A stretch of 64,000 nucleotides of DNA from Deinococcus sp. (GTDB lineage: Bacteria > Deinococcota > Deinococci > Deinococcales > Deinococcaceae), in contig OZ253375.1 in NCBI GenBank assembly GCA_965261005.1, positions 160,001 to 224,000 on the forward strand. Direction: 5' to 3'. Below the pieces are notes generated by a model, which searched no databases, was not told where the DNA came from, and worked only from the letters and a program-made list of their open reading frames with translations. Position 1 is the first letter of the stretch, and every line of letters begins with the position of its first letter. This document shows positions 19,985 to 30,036 of this stretch, one piece after another. A program made the translations under genes and the position numbers.

Positions 19985-21173
19985 CTGACATATTGCAGTT
20001 TAAGGAGCGTGGGTAGGGATGGCGTCTTGAGCGGCGTCGAGGTCGGCGAGTTCGAGGAGCAGGGCGGCACGGCGCACGTCGGCGAGCAGGGTGAGCCGCA
20101 GGGCTTTGGCCAGTTCACCCCAATCCGGCCACTCGCCAGGTGGCCGTGGTGGCAAGTCGAGATCGGCCAAGTGACACAGCAGGAAGGCCAAGGTCGAGAG
20201 GCACCAAAAGCGGAAGGCGCCCTGTTTGCTGTGCTGGGCAAAGCGTTCCAAACCGAAACGGCCTTTGATGGTTTTGAAGAACGCCTCGATCTTCCAGCGA
20301 CGTTTGCCTACACGGGCCAGGTAGACACCGCCCAGTTTGCAGCTGGACATCACGAAACGCTGTTCGGGCTGCGTGTTGCGGTACAGCCAAACCCAAGAGA
20401 CGGTCATGTGCTGACGCAGTCCTTGAGGGGTGACGGTCGAGCCACGCACGGTGAGGTCGGCGACGGTGCGGCCATCTGCGAGCTTGCGGTTTTTGCGCAC
20501 GCCCACGATCAGATCGAACCCAACGTCGAGGACACCGTGGATGAAGGTGGCACACTCGAAGCCGCCGTCGGCATGCACGCGCGCCTTTCGACCGCTGCTG
20601 AGCAACCCCTTGGGAACGCTGCGGAGCAGTTTAAGGGCCAGCACGGCGGGTGAGGGGGTGCCTTTACCGCGCCAGACCTGGACGGCCCAGGGCAAGCGGA
20701 GCGGACCACAGCAGAGGTAGAGGACGACCAGATGAACGCCGTGGACGCCGTTGTAGACGTGCATCCAGTCATCCAACTGCTCAAAGTGGCCGGTCTTTTC
20801 CAAGCTGGTGAGGTCGATCAAGAGTTCGAGGCGGGGACGCTGGTGGGGAGCTGAGCGCCAGAAGTCGAGGAGCGTTTGCTGAGCGTGGTGACGCAGGGCG
20901 CGAACGAGGGAGCGGGTGGACCAGCCGTAGTGGTTGAGAAACCGGCTGATGGCAGCGGGAGACTTGACGGTGGCTTGACTGGGGAATGGTCGGCCCTTGG
21001 CTTCGAGGAGCAAGTCGAGGAAGACGCGCAACGAGTCGCGGTGCTGCTTACGAGCGAAGCTCTTGAGGATGTCAGAATAGAGTTGTCTGGAACGTGCTTC
21101 TTTTGGATTCACACCCCAGCTTGGGGCCAAAACCGCGTTCCAGACAACCCCTATGAAATCTGCAACATGTCAG
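19985..21173 (-). mobile_element. IS701-like DDE element, copy B (transposase 20000-21130)
   Basis: Same IRs as copy A, 4-bp TTAA target duplication (19981-84 / 21174-77). Confidence 0.9.
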
Positions 21174-24040
21174 TTAAGTTACCCTCGCTGTCGTAATCGT
21201 AGTAGGTAAAGCGTTCCTTGCCGGCGTTGACCATGCTCAGGCCGGTGTCTTCCGAACGGGTTGGGCGGTCATACCCGTCATACGAGTAATAGACGGCCCC
21301 ACGGGCAGGCTCGGTACGGCTGATCACCCGCCCCAGGCTGTCGCGCTGAAAGGTGGTCGTGAGGTCGCTGCCGTCTATCTCGCGCAGCGTGCTTTGCGCG
21401 ACCTCGCCGCTAGGGTGGTAGCTGGTGCTGACAAAGCTGCCGCCGGGCCGCACCTCCTTGACAGTGCGGTCGAGGGTGTCATAGCTGGTGGTAGTGGTGT
21501 AGGCGTTGTCGGCGAGCTGGCTGCTGACCCGGCCGTAGCTGTCGTACTGGTAGCTGGTCTTTGCGTGCGGTTTGACAACGGCCGTCAGGCGGCCGAGCGA
21601 GTTGTCCTGCGTCGTGGCGTACTGGTAGTCGGTAACGTTCTGCGGCGTGCCTTCCCAACTGCTGTCGAGTTCGCCCGAGCCGTAGTAGGTCCACATCTTC
21701 CTGCTGGCGTAGATGGGCGAGTTGTCGATTTTGAGGGCGTAGACCGTTTCCCACACCGGCTGTCCGTAGCCGTTGTACGAGCGCAGGACCAGGTGGCCTT
21801 TCTGGCCGCCCGCCGTGTCGGAGGCGAAGTTCGGCCCGATCTCCTGGGCGACGTCGCCAAAGGCGTCGTAGAGGTAGCTGACCGACTTGTCGCCGGTTGT
21901 CACCTTGCTGGGCAGATCGCCATATTGCTTGGTGTTGGCGGCGTTCTGGGCGGGAATGTCCCCGGTGGCGCCGGGCGTGTAGTCGCCCCACATCTCACCG
22001 CTGTGGTAGGCCGTGGTCGTGGTGCGGGTCTGTCCGGCCCCGACGCGCTGCGACTGGGTCAGGCGTCCTTGCTCGTCGTAGGTGTCGGTGGTGTGGCGCT
22101 TCTCGGCGCCGCCGACCTTGAAGGTCGTCGTCTCGGTGTTGATTGCCGTAAAGACCTGTTTGCCGCTGGTGAAGCTGTAGTCGGCGTAGCCGTGGTAGTC
22201 GCCGGTCGCGCTGTAGCCGTAGGTGCCGTCCGCCGGACTGCTGGTAATCGCGCTTTGGAGGCGGTTGTCGGCGTTGTAGTCGAAGAGGGTATGGCGCACG
22301 TAGCCGCCGGGTTCGCCCGAGCCGGTGTTGGTGACGGCCGTGGCGTAGAGCGTCTGTCGGGTGAGGTTGCCGCGTGCGTCGTAAGCGTAGTGGGTGGTCT
22401 TGCCGCTCGGTTCCTGCACCGAGGACGTGAAGCCGCTCGGGTCATACTGGTACTTCCACTCCAGGTCGGTGTCCTTGACGCTGGACACGTAGTCGCGGAC
22501 CTTCTTCGAGCGCAGCTGGCCGCCCTTGTCGAACTGGTAGACGCTGCGCTTGTCGCCCTGCGTCTCCGTGACCTGCGTCCCGAGATAGGTGCCAGAGGTC
22601 CCGTAGCTGTAGCTGGTGTCGGGTTCGCCGGTCTGAGACACCGAGGCTACCTTGCTGCCCGCGTCGTCGTAGGTATAAGTGGTCGTCCGCCAGCCCGCGC
22701 CCGGACTGCCCTCACTCACGCCGTCGCTCAGGGTGGGGCGCTTGACGCGCTTGAGCAGCACCTTACTGTTCTTCTGCTCGTAGTCGAAGCTGTACCAGCG
22801 CGACGTGATGGGACGTGCATTGCGGAAAGTGGTCGTGCCGGTTCGGCCCGTTAAGGCGCGGTAAGCCATGTAGGTCACGACCCTCTGGCCACCGATGGTG
22901 CTGTAGGCGAACGCCATCCGGCGCGCCCAGGTCGTTTCCTGATTCGTCTCGTCGCCGACCAGTATGCAGATGTCGCCCAGCGTGCCGTCCGGAAAGTAGT
23001 CGTAGACGGTGACCCGCCCCCACTGGTCCTTGACCTTGCTCAGCAGTCCAAGGTTCGTGTCCTTGTAGGTCAGCTGGGTCTTGTAGGTGGTGTTGAACCC
23101 CTCGGGATCGCCGGCCTTGGCGCCGAGGTACTGTTGGGAGCGGTTCTGGGTGTAGTCGGCGTACTCACCGTCGCCCCAAAAGATGCTGCGGTTGCCGTCG
23201 TGGTCGTAGTAGTGCGCGACCTTGCTCGCGCCGCTGGGCACGACGACGATCCACTCCTCGGGGGTCTGGGTGCCCGTCTGCGTGCGCGAATGGTAGAACT
23301 TGGCCCCGCTCACGCCCTGATAGCGCGCGATCCACGAGGACACCGCGCTGAAGTTCGGCGTGACGGTATCGAAGTTGAGGCTGCTGCCGTCCCCCTCACC
23401 GATGGAAAGGCTGCTGCCCGGCGCAAAGGTCTTGCTGTAGCCGTAAAGCCGCAGCCGGGCGGTCAAGTTCCAGTTGCCGAACATCGCCCCCTTGTTGTCG
23501 CCGTCCTTGAGATCGTTGTTGCGCGACAGCTGGCCCAGGTCCAGGTAGACGTTGCCGCTCGCCAGGTTGATGGCGTCCTCGACGTCGCCGAAGCCTGGCG
23601 CGTCAAAGGCCATCACGTCCAGCGGCAGACGCGACACGCCCGCGCCAACCCGCGCGAACACGTCCGGCGCCGCCGCCGCGATGCCCAGCGGCAAGTTGGT
23701 GCTGAGAAAGTAGACTGCCGCGAGCGAGATGGCCCGCCAATTGAGGGGTTTCTTCCGAGACGCCATGAAGTCAACCTGGGAAGGGTGAGACATGGCTGAA
23801 GCTTATGGCTTTCTGACCGCGATGTGAGGAAGTGCAAGTTAAGTGAAGAGAGTGTTAAAAACTTGTGGTTGTGACGGACGCCGGTGAAGAGCGAGGGTGA
23901 GCACTCGAAGAATATCTATCTAGAGCGGATTTTTTTCGGTCACTCCAGACATGCCGTGTGGGGTATTCTCCCCAAATTTCTCACAATCTTTTCCGCTCTT
24001 CCCTTCACCACCCCCTTCTCCGATGTGCCATGATCTGGCG

Positions 24041-25219
24041 ATGCCTTCATCTATGAGGAGATTGAACGCGGCGCCCTCTCATCTGTTGGGGCTGGCTTTG
24101 CTGCTTTCGGCGTGCGGCCAGACGGATGACAAGGGGCCGCCCAGCCTCTCGATCACCTCGCCGGCGGTGGGTCAGGCGGTCAGCGGCACGGTGAGCGTGC
24201 AGGTGGCGGCGGCGGACGACACCGGGGTGAAGAAGGTCAGCGTCTACGCCCGCTCGGTGGGCAGCCAGGTCAAGGGCGTCCCCGTCGGCAGCGCCACCCA
24301 AGCTCCCTTCGCGGTGTCGTGGTTCACGCCACAGTTGCCCAACTTTAGCGACCTGGAGCTGTATGCCGTCGCGCTGGACACGGTGGGCAACGAGGCCACG
24401 TCCGACCCAGTCAAGGTCAAGGTGCAAAACCCCGGCTTGCCGGTGCTGGGCTACTTCGTCGGCTTCAACCTGCCGCCGGATACGAGGCCGGGGATAAGCA
24501 GCGTGAAGGGGCAGGATTTGGTGCCCGGCCCGGTCCTGAAGAGCGTACAGGTGCAGCAGATCAAGCCGCCTGCCGGTATCAAGCTCAAACCCCTCGCAAA
24601 ACGTGCCCCCATTCACGCCCTCGCGGCGGATGGCCGGACGCTGTCGGTGCAGTGGGGCTGGCCGACTTATCCGGGGGCGGAGGGGTACGGCCTCTATTTG
24701 AGCGCCGGCGACATTGCCGGACCGTACACGCACCAGCGCAACCAGGCAGCCGGCACCGCCGGGGACCAGACCTTCAGCCGCAACGTCACGGCGGACGAGG
24801 CGGCGGGATCGCTGTTCGGGGCCATCACGGTGCTGACCCAAAACAGGACCGTGGAGAGCGGCCTGTCCAACGCCGACGGGGCCAGCTTCATGGGCTATGC
24901 CCAGCAGTCCGCCTCACCCGCCGACGGGCAGAAGCTGCTCGACGGGAGGCCGGTCCTGACCTGGAACGCGAACCCGCAGGCGCAGGGGTATCTGTACTAC
25001 ATCTTCGACAAGAACCCCTTCGATTCCACCGGCAAGATCGTCTGGACCAACGCCCCACGAAGCACGGACGACAAGCAGCTGAGCGCCACGTATCCGAACA
25101 GCCTCGCCCCGCTGCCAAGTGGGACGTACTACTGGTGGGTGGCTGGGGTGGAGTTCAACGGGAACGACCAGGCGGACGCTTTCTCCTTCAGCGCCCCGAA
25201 AAGCTTCGTGGTGCCGTGA
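24041..25219 (+). CDS. Lipoprotein with Ig-like domains
   Basis: Lipobox LLLSAC. PPSLSITSP..VSGTVSVQVAAADDTGV..AVALDTVGN (bacterial Ig), beta-rich C-terminus. Start may be 24053. Confidence 0.75.
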   Translation: MPSSMRRLNAAPSHLLGLALLLSACGQTDDKGPPSLSITSPAVGQAVSGTVSVQVAAADDTGVKKVSVYARSVGSQVKGVPVGSATQAPFAVSWFTPQLPNFSDLELYAVALDTVGNEATSDPVKVKVQNPGLPVLGYFVGFNLPPDTRPGISSVKGQDLVPGPVLKSVQVQQIKPPAGIKLKPLAKRAPIHALAADGRTLSVQWGWPTYPGAEGYGLYLSAGDIAGPYTHQRNQAAGTAGDQTFSRNVTADEAAGSLFGAITVLTQNRTVESGLSNADGASFMGYAQQSASPADGQKLLDGRPVLTWNANPQAQGYLYYIFDKNPFDSTGKIVWTNAPRSTDDKQLSATYPNSLAPLPSGTYYWWVAGVEFNGNDQADAFSFSAPKSFVVP

Positions 25220-27240
25220 AGACAAAATTTGGTCTCTTGCTGCCCCTGTTGCTGGCCGCCTGTGGGGGGAGTCCGGCCAGTCCGCACTACAGCCTGAACG
25301 CGGTCTTGCCCAGCCCCGCCACGCCGGGGGAGGCGCTCACCGTGTTCGGCAACCTGCCTTCTAATGCCAAGCTGACCTTGGATGGTCTTGACATCGAGAG
25401 CGTGGCGGTGTCGGGCGGCGTGCGGGTGATGTTGCCCGAACGCGAGACCGCCGGCGACCACCTGATCAAGGTACAGGGGACTGACCTCGCCGGCAACGCC
25501 CAGGTGATTCCCAGGCTGGACGCCGTGACGCTCAACCAAGGGACCCTTACCCTGCGTGGGGTGGGCTGGACGCAGGACGGGAAGCTGGCGACAGGCGTAC
25601 AGACTTATTTGAACGGCTCGCCGGTGATACCTGTTTTAAAGAACGACGATCTGAGCGTCCCACTTCCTTCTGTTGGCGTCTACGGCGCGCTGAGCGTGCG
25701 GGTGGCGGTCGGCGCTTACAGCAGCCAAACCACCACCCTGCTGCACGAGGCGGCGGCGGTCAGGGGGACGGTCAAGCTGCCGGCGAGTACAGCGCAGGTC
25801 CAAGGGCAAGCCATTTCGCTCAGCACACCTCTTCTGGACAAGAAGACCTTGATCGTCAAAGGTGCTTTGGATCGAGTTACCCTTTCCGGTCTGACGTCCC
25901 GCTCCAACTTGTCCTCCCTACATCTGACCCGCTTGAGCTTCCGAGATGAGCCGTCAGCTGAACATGCTCTGCTGCAACTCCGAGCTTTTCCCAACGTCCA
26001 AGGCGTCTCTTACGATCGTTTGATGCGCACCGACGGTGTTCAGTCTCAAGGTGCCCCCACCCCAACCGGCCTCGGGAAGCAGTGGTTCTGGCCGTTGGAG
26101 GGCGTTCCCGACACTTGGAAGGTGACCCAGGGTGAGGGCGTCACGGTGGCGGTGGTGGACACCGGCGTGGCGCTGGATCACCCCGACCTCAAGGCCAACC
26201 TGCTTCCGGGGCACGACTTCGTGGACGAGGACGCCCTGCCGGAAGACCACGTCGGCCACGGCACCCACGTCGCCGGTTTGATCGCCGCGAATGGACAGGT
26301 CTCCGGGGCGGCCCCTAGAGCTAAGCTGCTGCCTGTCCGCGTGATCGACACCGACCGGGGCGGCAGCGCCTTTACGGTCGCGCAGGGGCTGCTGTGGGCG
26401 GCGAACCTGCTGGATGGCGTGCCCAACCCCCACCCGGCCCAGATCGTCAACCTCTCCCTCGGCACCCCCGACGACAGCGACGCCCTCAGGGAGGCGGTCA
26501 GCAAGGTGCAAGGGGCCGGCGTCTTGGTGGTGGCGGCGACCGGGAACACCGGGGGCGGCCTCAACTATCCGGCGGCGTATCCCGGCGTGCTGTCGGTGAC
26601 GGCGGTGGCGGGTCCCACCACAACCTACCAGCCCGGCTACGCCAGCAAGGGACCCGGCACGGCCATCAGCGCCTACGGCGGCGACCTCGGCGCCGACCAG
26701 GACGGCGACGGGGTGCGCGACGGCGTCCTGTCAACCGATCTGGTGGGTGGCGCTCCTGGGTATGGGCTGCGGATGGGCACCTCGATGGCGAGTCCACAGG
26801 TGGCTGGGATGGCCGCGCTGGCGTTGTCCGCCGGCACGCCGGGGAAGCTCCTGCGCGACACCTTGCTCAGCACGTCCACGGACCTCGGCCCCCTCGGCGA
26901 GGACCTCCAGTTCGGGCGCGGGCTGGTCAGCGGGCGGGCGGCCCGGCCACTCAAACCGCGCAGCTACCTGCTGGCCCTGGGTGACCAGAACCAAGTCCTG
27001 AGCTGGACGCCGGTTTCCTCGGACGGGAGCTTTGTGCTGGGCAACCTCGATCCGGTGACTTCGGTCCACCTGGTCGCCGCCAGCGACAACGATGGAAACG
27101 GGGTGCTGGGCGAGGCGGGCGAGCTGGTCTCCCAGCCGACCGCGACCTTAACCCTCAAGGCCGGCACCGTTCTCGACCTGCCCGCCCTTCAACTCGAACC
27201 GTCGAAGGGGAACGTCACCTACTTGCTGGAGCAGAAATGA
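25216..27240 (+). CDS. S8 subtilisin-family serine protease lipoprotein
   Basis: GTG start overlapping upstream TGA. Lipobox LAAC. Triad VVDTG, HGTHVAG, GTSMASP. IPT/TIG-like N-terminal region. Confidence 0.9.
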   Translation: MKTKFGLLLPLLLAACGGSPASPHYSLNAVLPSPATPGEALTVFGNLPSNAKLTLDGLDIESVAVSGGVRVMLPERETAGDHLIKVQGTDLAGNAQVIPRLDAVTLNQGTLTLRGVGWTQDGKLATGVQTYLNGSPVIPVLKNDDLSVPLPSVGVYGALSVRVAVGAYSSQTTTLLHEAAAVRGTVKLPASTAQVQGQAISLSTPLLDKKTLIVKGALDRVTLSGLTSRSNLSSLHLTRLSFRDEPSAEHALLQLRAFPNVQGVSYDRLMRTDGVQSQGAPTPTGLGKQWFWPLEGVPDTWKVTQGEGVTVAVVDTGVALDHPDLKANLLPGHDFVDEDALPEDHVGHGTHVAGLIAANGQVSGAAPRAKLLPVRVIDTDRGGSAFTVAQGLLWAANLLDGVPNPHPAQIVNLSLGTPDDSDALREAVSKVQGAGVLVVAATGNTGGGLNYPAAYPGVLSVTAVAGPTTTYQPGYASKGPGTAISAYGGDLGADQDGDGVRDGVLSTDLVGGAPGYGLRMGTSMASPQVAGMAALALSAGTPGKLLRDTLLSTSTDLGPLGEDLQFGRGLVSGRAARPLKPRSYLLALGDQNQVLSWTPVSSDGSFVLGNLDPVTSVHLVAASDNDGNGVLGEAGELVSQPTATLTLKAGTVLDLPALQLEPSKGNVTYLLEQK

Positions 27241-28634
27241 ACCTTCGCGCCCTCACCTTGGCCCTCTTGCTGCTCCACGCCCCCTTCGCTTCAGCCCAGG
27301 AGGTGTCGCCCCCGGTCACCCCGCCCGGCCCGGCGGCGGCCCCAGAACCGGTGATGCCCACACCCGCCATGCCGCAACCGGCTTCACCCGAACCGACGCC
27401 CGCGCTGCCCCCGGTGCCGAGTCCCGCCCCGGTCACCGCGCCGCTGCCGCTGAGTCCCTTGCCGGCAGGTCCCGGTTCTCCAGTCCCGCAGACCCCAACG
27501 CCGCAGACCCTGACGCCCGTGAGTCAGGGCGCCGATCTGGTGATCACCTCGCCCGAGGTCGTGCGCTACCGCTACGACCCGGTGCGCGGCACCGTCACCC
27601 TGCCCAACGTCCGCCCGCTCGACGCCAGCAGGTTCCCCGAGGGCACCCGCTGGACCCAACAGGGCGCCGACCTGGTGATCACCCTCGTGCCCGGCGCGCA
27701 GCTCTTCCTGTCGCCCGACAACAAGCGGCTCACCATTGCCCCACCTCAAGTCAGTTCCCCCATTCCCGCCGACGAGCGCGCGCCGCTGTTCATGCCGCTG
27801 TCGAGCGCCGACCCGGCCCAGGTGGCGGCCCTGATCAGCAGCTTGTACGCCAACGTGCGGGTGCAGGTCGATCCCCGCCAACGGGCGCTGCTGATCCTGG
27901 TCAACCCGGCCGACCGCCAACTGGTGGCCGACCTGGTCAGGCAGCTCGACCGCGAACGGCCGCAGGTGATGTTCGAGGCCGAGATTCTGGAGGTCAACCA
28001 GGACTTGACCCAGTCGCTGGGCCTCCAGTACGACTCGATCTTCACCTTCAAGCTGATCGAGGATGGGGACGGCAGCGCGGCCCAACTGCTCAAGCTGGGC
28101 GGGCTGAACCGCAACCCGCTGACCCTGCAACTCGGCCTCAACGCGCTCAAGACCAACGGGGCGGCCACGGTGCTGGCCCAGCCGCGCATCACGACGCTCG
28201 ACGGGGTGGAGGCGCGCATCAACTCGACCCAGACGACGCCGGTGGGACTGCCCGGCAGCGGGGTGTCGGTGGGCAGCGTCCAGAACATCACCACCGGCAT
28301 CACCCTGCGCCTGCTGCCCAGGGTGGCCCCCGACGGGACGGTGGAGGCCAGCCTCACCATCAGCGTGTCGAGTCCCACCGGCACGACCTCGCAGGGGATA
28401 CCGCAGTACTCCAGCCGCGAGGCCAGCACCACCGTGCGCGTCCGCAACGGTGAACCCATCGCCATCGGCGGCCTGCTGGAGAACCGCAAGGTCGAGGGCA
28501 CCCAGAAGGTCCCCATCCTGGGCGACTTGCCCCTGATCGGCGGCCTCTTCACCACCACCCGCACCGACACCCACCACACCGACCTCGTCATCGTCGTTAC
28601 ACCCCGGCTCGTCCTCAGTCCCAATCAGAAGTGA
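27237..28634 (+). CDS. Secretin (GspD/PilQ superfamily)
   Basis: Signal peptide AFASA-like, Pro-rich N-terminus, LDRERPQVMFEAEILEV, VLAQPRITTLDG, IAIGGLL, KVPILGDLPLIGGLF, LVIVVTPR. Confidence 0.92.
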   Translation: MNLRALTLALLLLHAPFASAQEVSPPVTPPGPAAAPEPVMPTPAMPQPASPEPTPALPPVPSPAPVTAPLPLSPLPAGPGSPVPQTPTPQTLTPVSQGADLVITSPEVVRYRYDPVRGTVTLPNVRPLDASRFPEGTRWTQQGADLVITLVPGAQLFLSPDNKRLTIAPPQVSSPIPADERAPLFMPLSSADPAQVAALISSLYANVRVQVDPRQRALLILVNPADRQLVADLVRQLDRERPQVMFEAEILEVNQDLTQSLGLQYDSIFTFKLIEDGDGSAAQLLKLGGLNRNPLTLQLGLNALKTNGAATVLAQPRITTLDGVEARINSTQTTPVGLPGSGVSVGSVQNITTGITLRLLPRVAPDGTVEASLTISVSSPTGTTSQGIPQYSSREASTTVRVRNGEPIAIGGLLENRKVEGTQKVPILGDLPLIGGLFTTTRTDTHHTDLVIVVTPRLVLSPNQK

Positions 28635-29089
28635 AGGAGGTGAACGGGATACATCCAGCGGTAAAACGGCTTCTTCCCCTACTGGCCCTGCTGCTGGTCG
28701 CCTGCGCGCCCAGGCAGAGCGCGCCCAGTGAGCTGCCCGTCACCGCGCTGGATGGGGCGGCCTACCAACAGCTGGTGAGCGGCTTCGAACCGGTGTTCCA
28801 AGAACTCGGCGTCACGGTGTCGCGGGCCAGCGTGTACCGCTACGACGGCGATCAGCCCGGCGCCTTCGAGCAGGCCATCAACCGCTTCTACCGGACCTAT
28901 CCCAAGTTCTGCCCGCTGACGAGCGCTTTTTACCCGCGCGGGGACGACCCGGTCTACATGACCGTGACCGCGAACGGCAGAGAGGTGCGCGCCTTGGTCT
29001 ACGACCAGGCACAGCGCCCCAAGCTCACCTTCGCCTTCCTGGAAGGTGAAAGCAGAGAGGCATTGTCCACCGTCGCGTGCAAGCGATAA
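28631..29089 (+). CDS. Small lipoprotein (pilotin candidate)
   Basis: Lipobox LLVAC, coupled to the secretin stop. Confidence 0.65.
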   Translation: MKEVNGIHPAVKRLLPLLALLLVACAPRQSAPSELPVTALDGAAYQQLVSGFEPVFQELGVTVSRASVYRYDGDQPGAFEQAINRFYRTYPKFCPLTSAFYPRGDDPVYMTVTANGREVRALVYDQAQRPKLTFAFLEGESREALSTVACKR

Positions 29090-29105
29090 GGATACGGGCT
29101 TGCCC

Positions 29106-29957
29106 TCAAAACACCACCGTCTTGTTGCCGTCCACCAGCACGCGGTCCTCGACGTGGGCTTTCACAGCGCGCGCCAACACCGTGCGCTCGATGTCGCGCC
29201 CGACGCGCACGAGGGCGGCCAAATCGTCGCGGTGCGAGACGCGCGCCACGTCCTGCTCGATGATGGGGCCGGCGTCCAGTTCCTCGGTGACGTAGTGGGC
29301 CGTCGCCCCGATGATCTTGACGCCGCGCGTGAGGGCGCTTTTGTAGGGGTTGGCGCCCACAAAGGCGGGCAAAAAGGAGTGGTGGATGTTGATGACCGGC
29401 ACGCCGACCCTTCGCAAGAAGTCCCCCGACAGAATCTGCATGTAGCGCGCCAACACCACGAAGTCGCAGCGGTCTTGCAGGGCGCCGAGCAGCTTCTCCT
29501 CGGCGGCGGCCTTATCCCGCGGCACCACCTCGAAGGGAGAGCCGAAGGCGTCCGCGTCGCCGCGCAAATCGGGGTGGTTGGACAGAATTATGGGAAGTTC
29601 CACGTTCAGCTCGCCGCGCCGCACGCGCCACAGCAAGTCGAGCAGACAATGGTCGGTCTTGCTGACCAGGACGGCCATGCGCTTTTTGTCGGCGGCGTAG
29701 CTGAGGCGCCAGTCCATGCCGAGGGGCCGCGCGACCGCCCCTTCAAAGGCGTGCCCGAACTGCGTCCTGTCCAGATCCAAGCCGTCCAAAAAGAACTCCA
29801 TGCGCATGAAGAACTGCCCGCCCTGCGGGTCGGTGCTGTGCTGATCGCTGGAGAGGATGTTGGCCCCGTGCGCGAACAGAAACTGCGACACGGCGGCCAC
29901 AATGCCGGGCCGGTCGGGGCAGGCGATCAGCAAGCGGGCGGTGTGGGGCGCGGACAT
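29106..29957 (-). CDS. purU: Formyltetrahydrofolate deformylase
   Basis: [36 protein letters not shown]. Confidence 0.95.
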   Translation of the reverse strand: MSAPHTARLLIACPDRPGIVAAVSQFLFAHGANILSSDQHSTDPQGGQFFMRMEFFLDGLDLDRTQFGHAFEGAVARPLGMDWRLSYAADKKRMAVLVSKTDHCLLDLLWRVRRGELNVELPIILSNHPDLRGDADAFGSPFEVVPRDKAAAEEKLLGALQDRCDFVVLARYMQILSGDFLRRVGVPVINIHHSFLPAFVGANPYKSALTRGVKIIGATAHYVTEELDAGPIIEQDVARVSHRDDLAALVRVGRDIERTVLARAVKAHVEDRVLVDGNKTVVF

Positions 29958-30036
29958 GCTGCGAGCTTATGGCATGGCCCGCCCCCAGCGCGTAGGATGC
30001 GGTGTCATCGTCAGTCCCGCCCCTTCAGGAGGAATC

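Larger units (their letters stand above)
13998..23793 (-). pseudogene. YD/Rhs-repeat polymorphic toxin (signal peptide-YD repeats-Pro linker-PT-TG-Hint-Ntox24-like tip), split by two IS
   Basis: Fragments 23793-21174, 19984-15155, 14278-13998. Removing IS plus one TSD each gives 7725 nt in one frame (junctions GNL|TKQLSP and EGRL|VTGRSF). Many YD repeats. Tip YRVDGNGNVTRYQVY..PVKRVDL..HG.VPTPHV..RPANPDEIP. Confidence 0.9.

Noticed and set aside
24652..25215. N-terminal extension of the S8 ORF (862 aa)
   Set aside because: Overlaps the lipoprotein gene. The lipobox signal begins at GTG 25216.
27237..28634. Calling the secretin pilQ or gspD
   Set aside because: No pilMNOP or gsp genes adjacent and the N-domain set is minimal, so orthology cannot be assigned from sequence alone.
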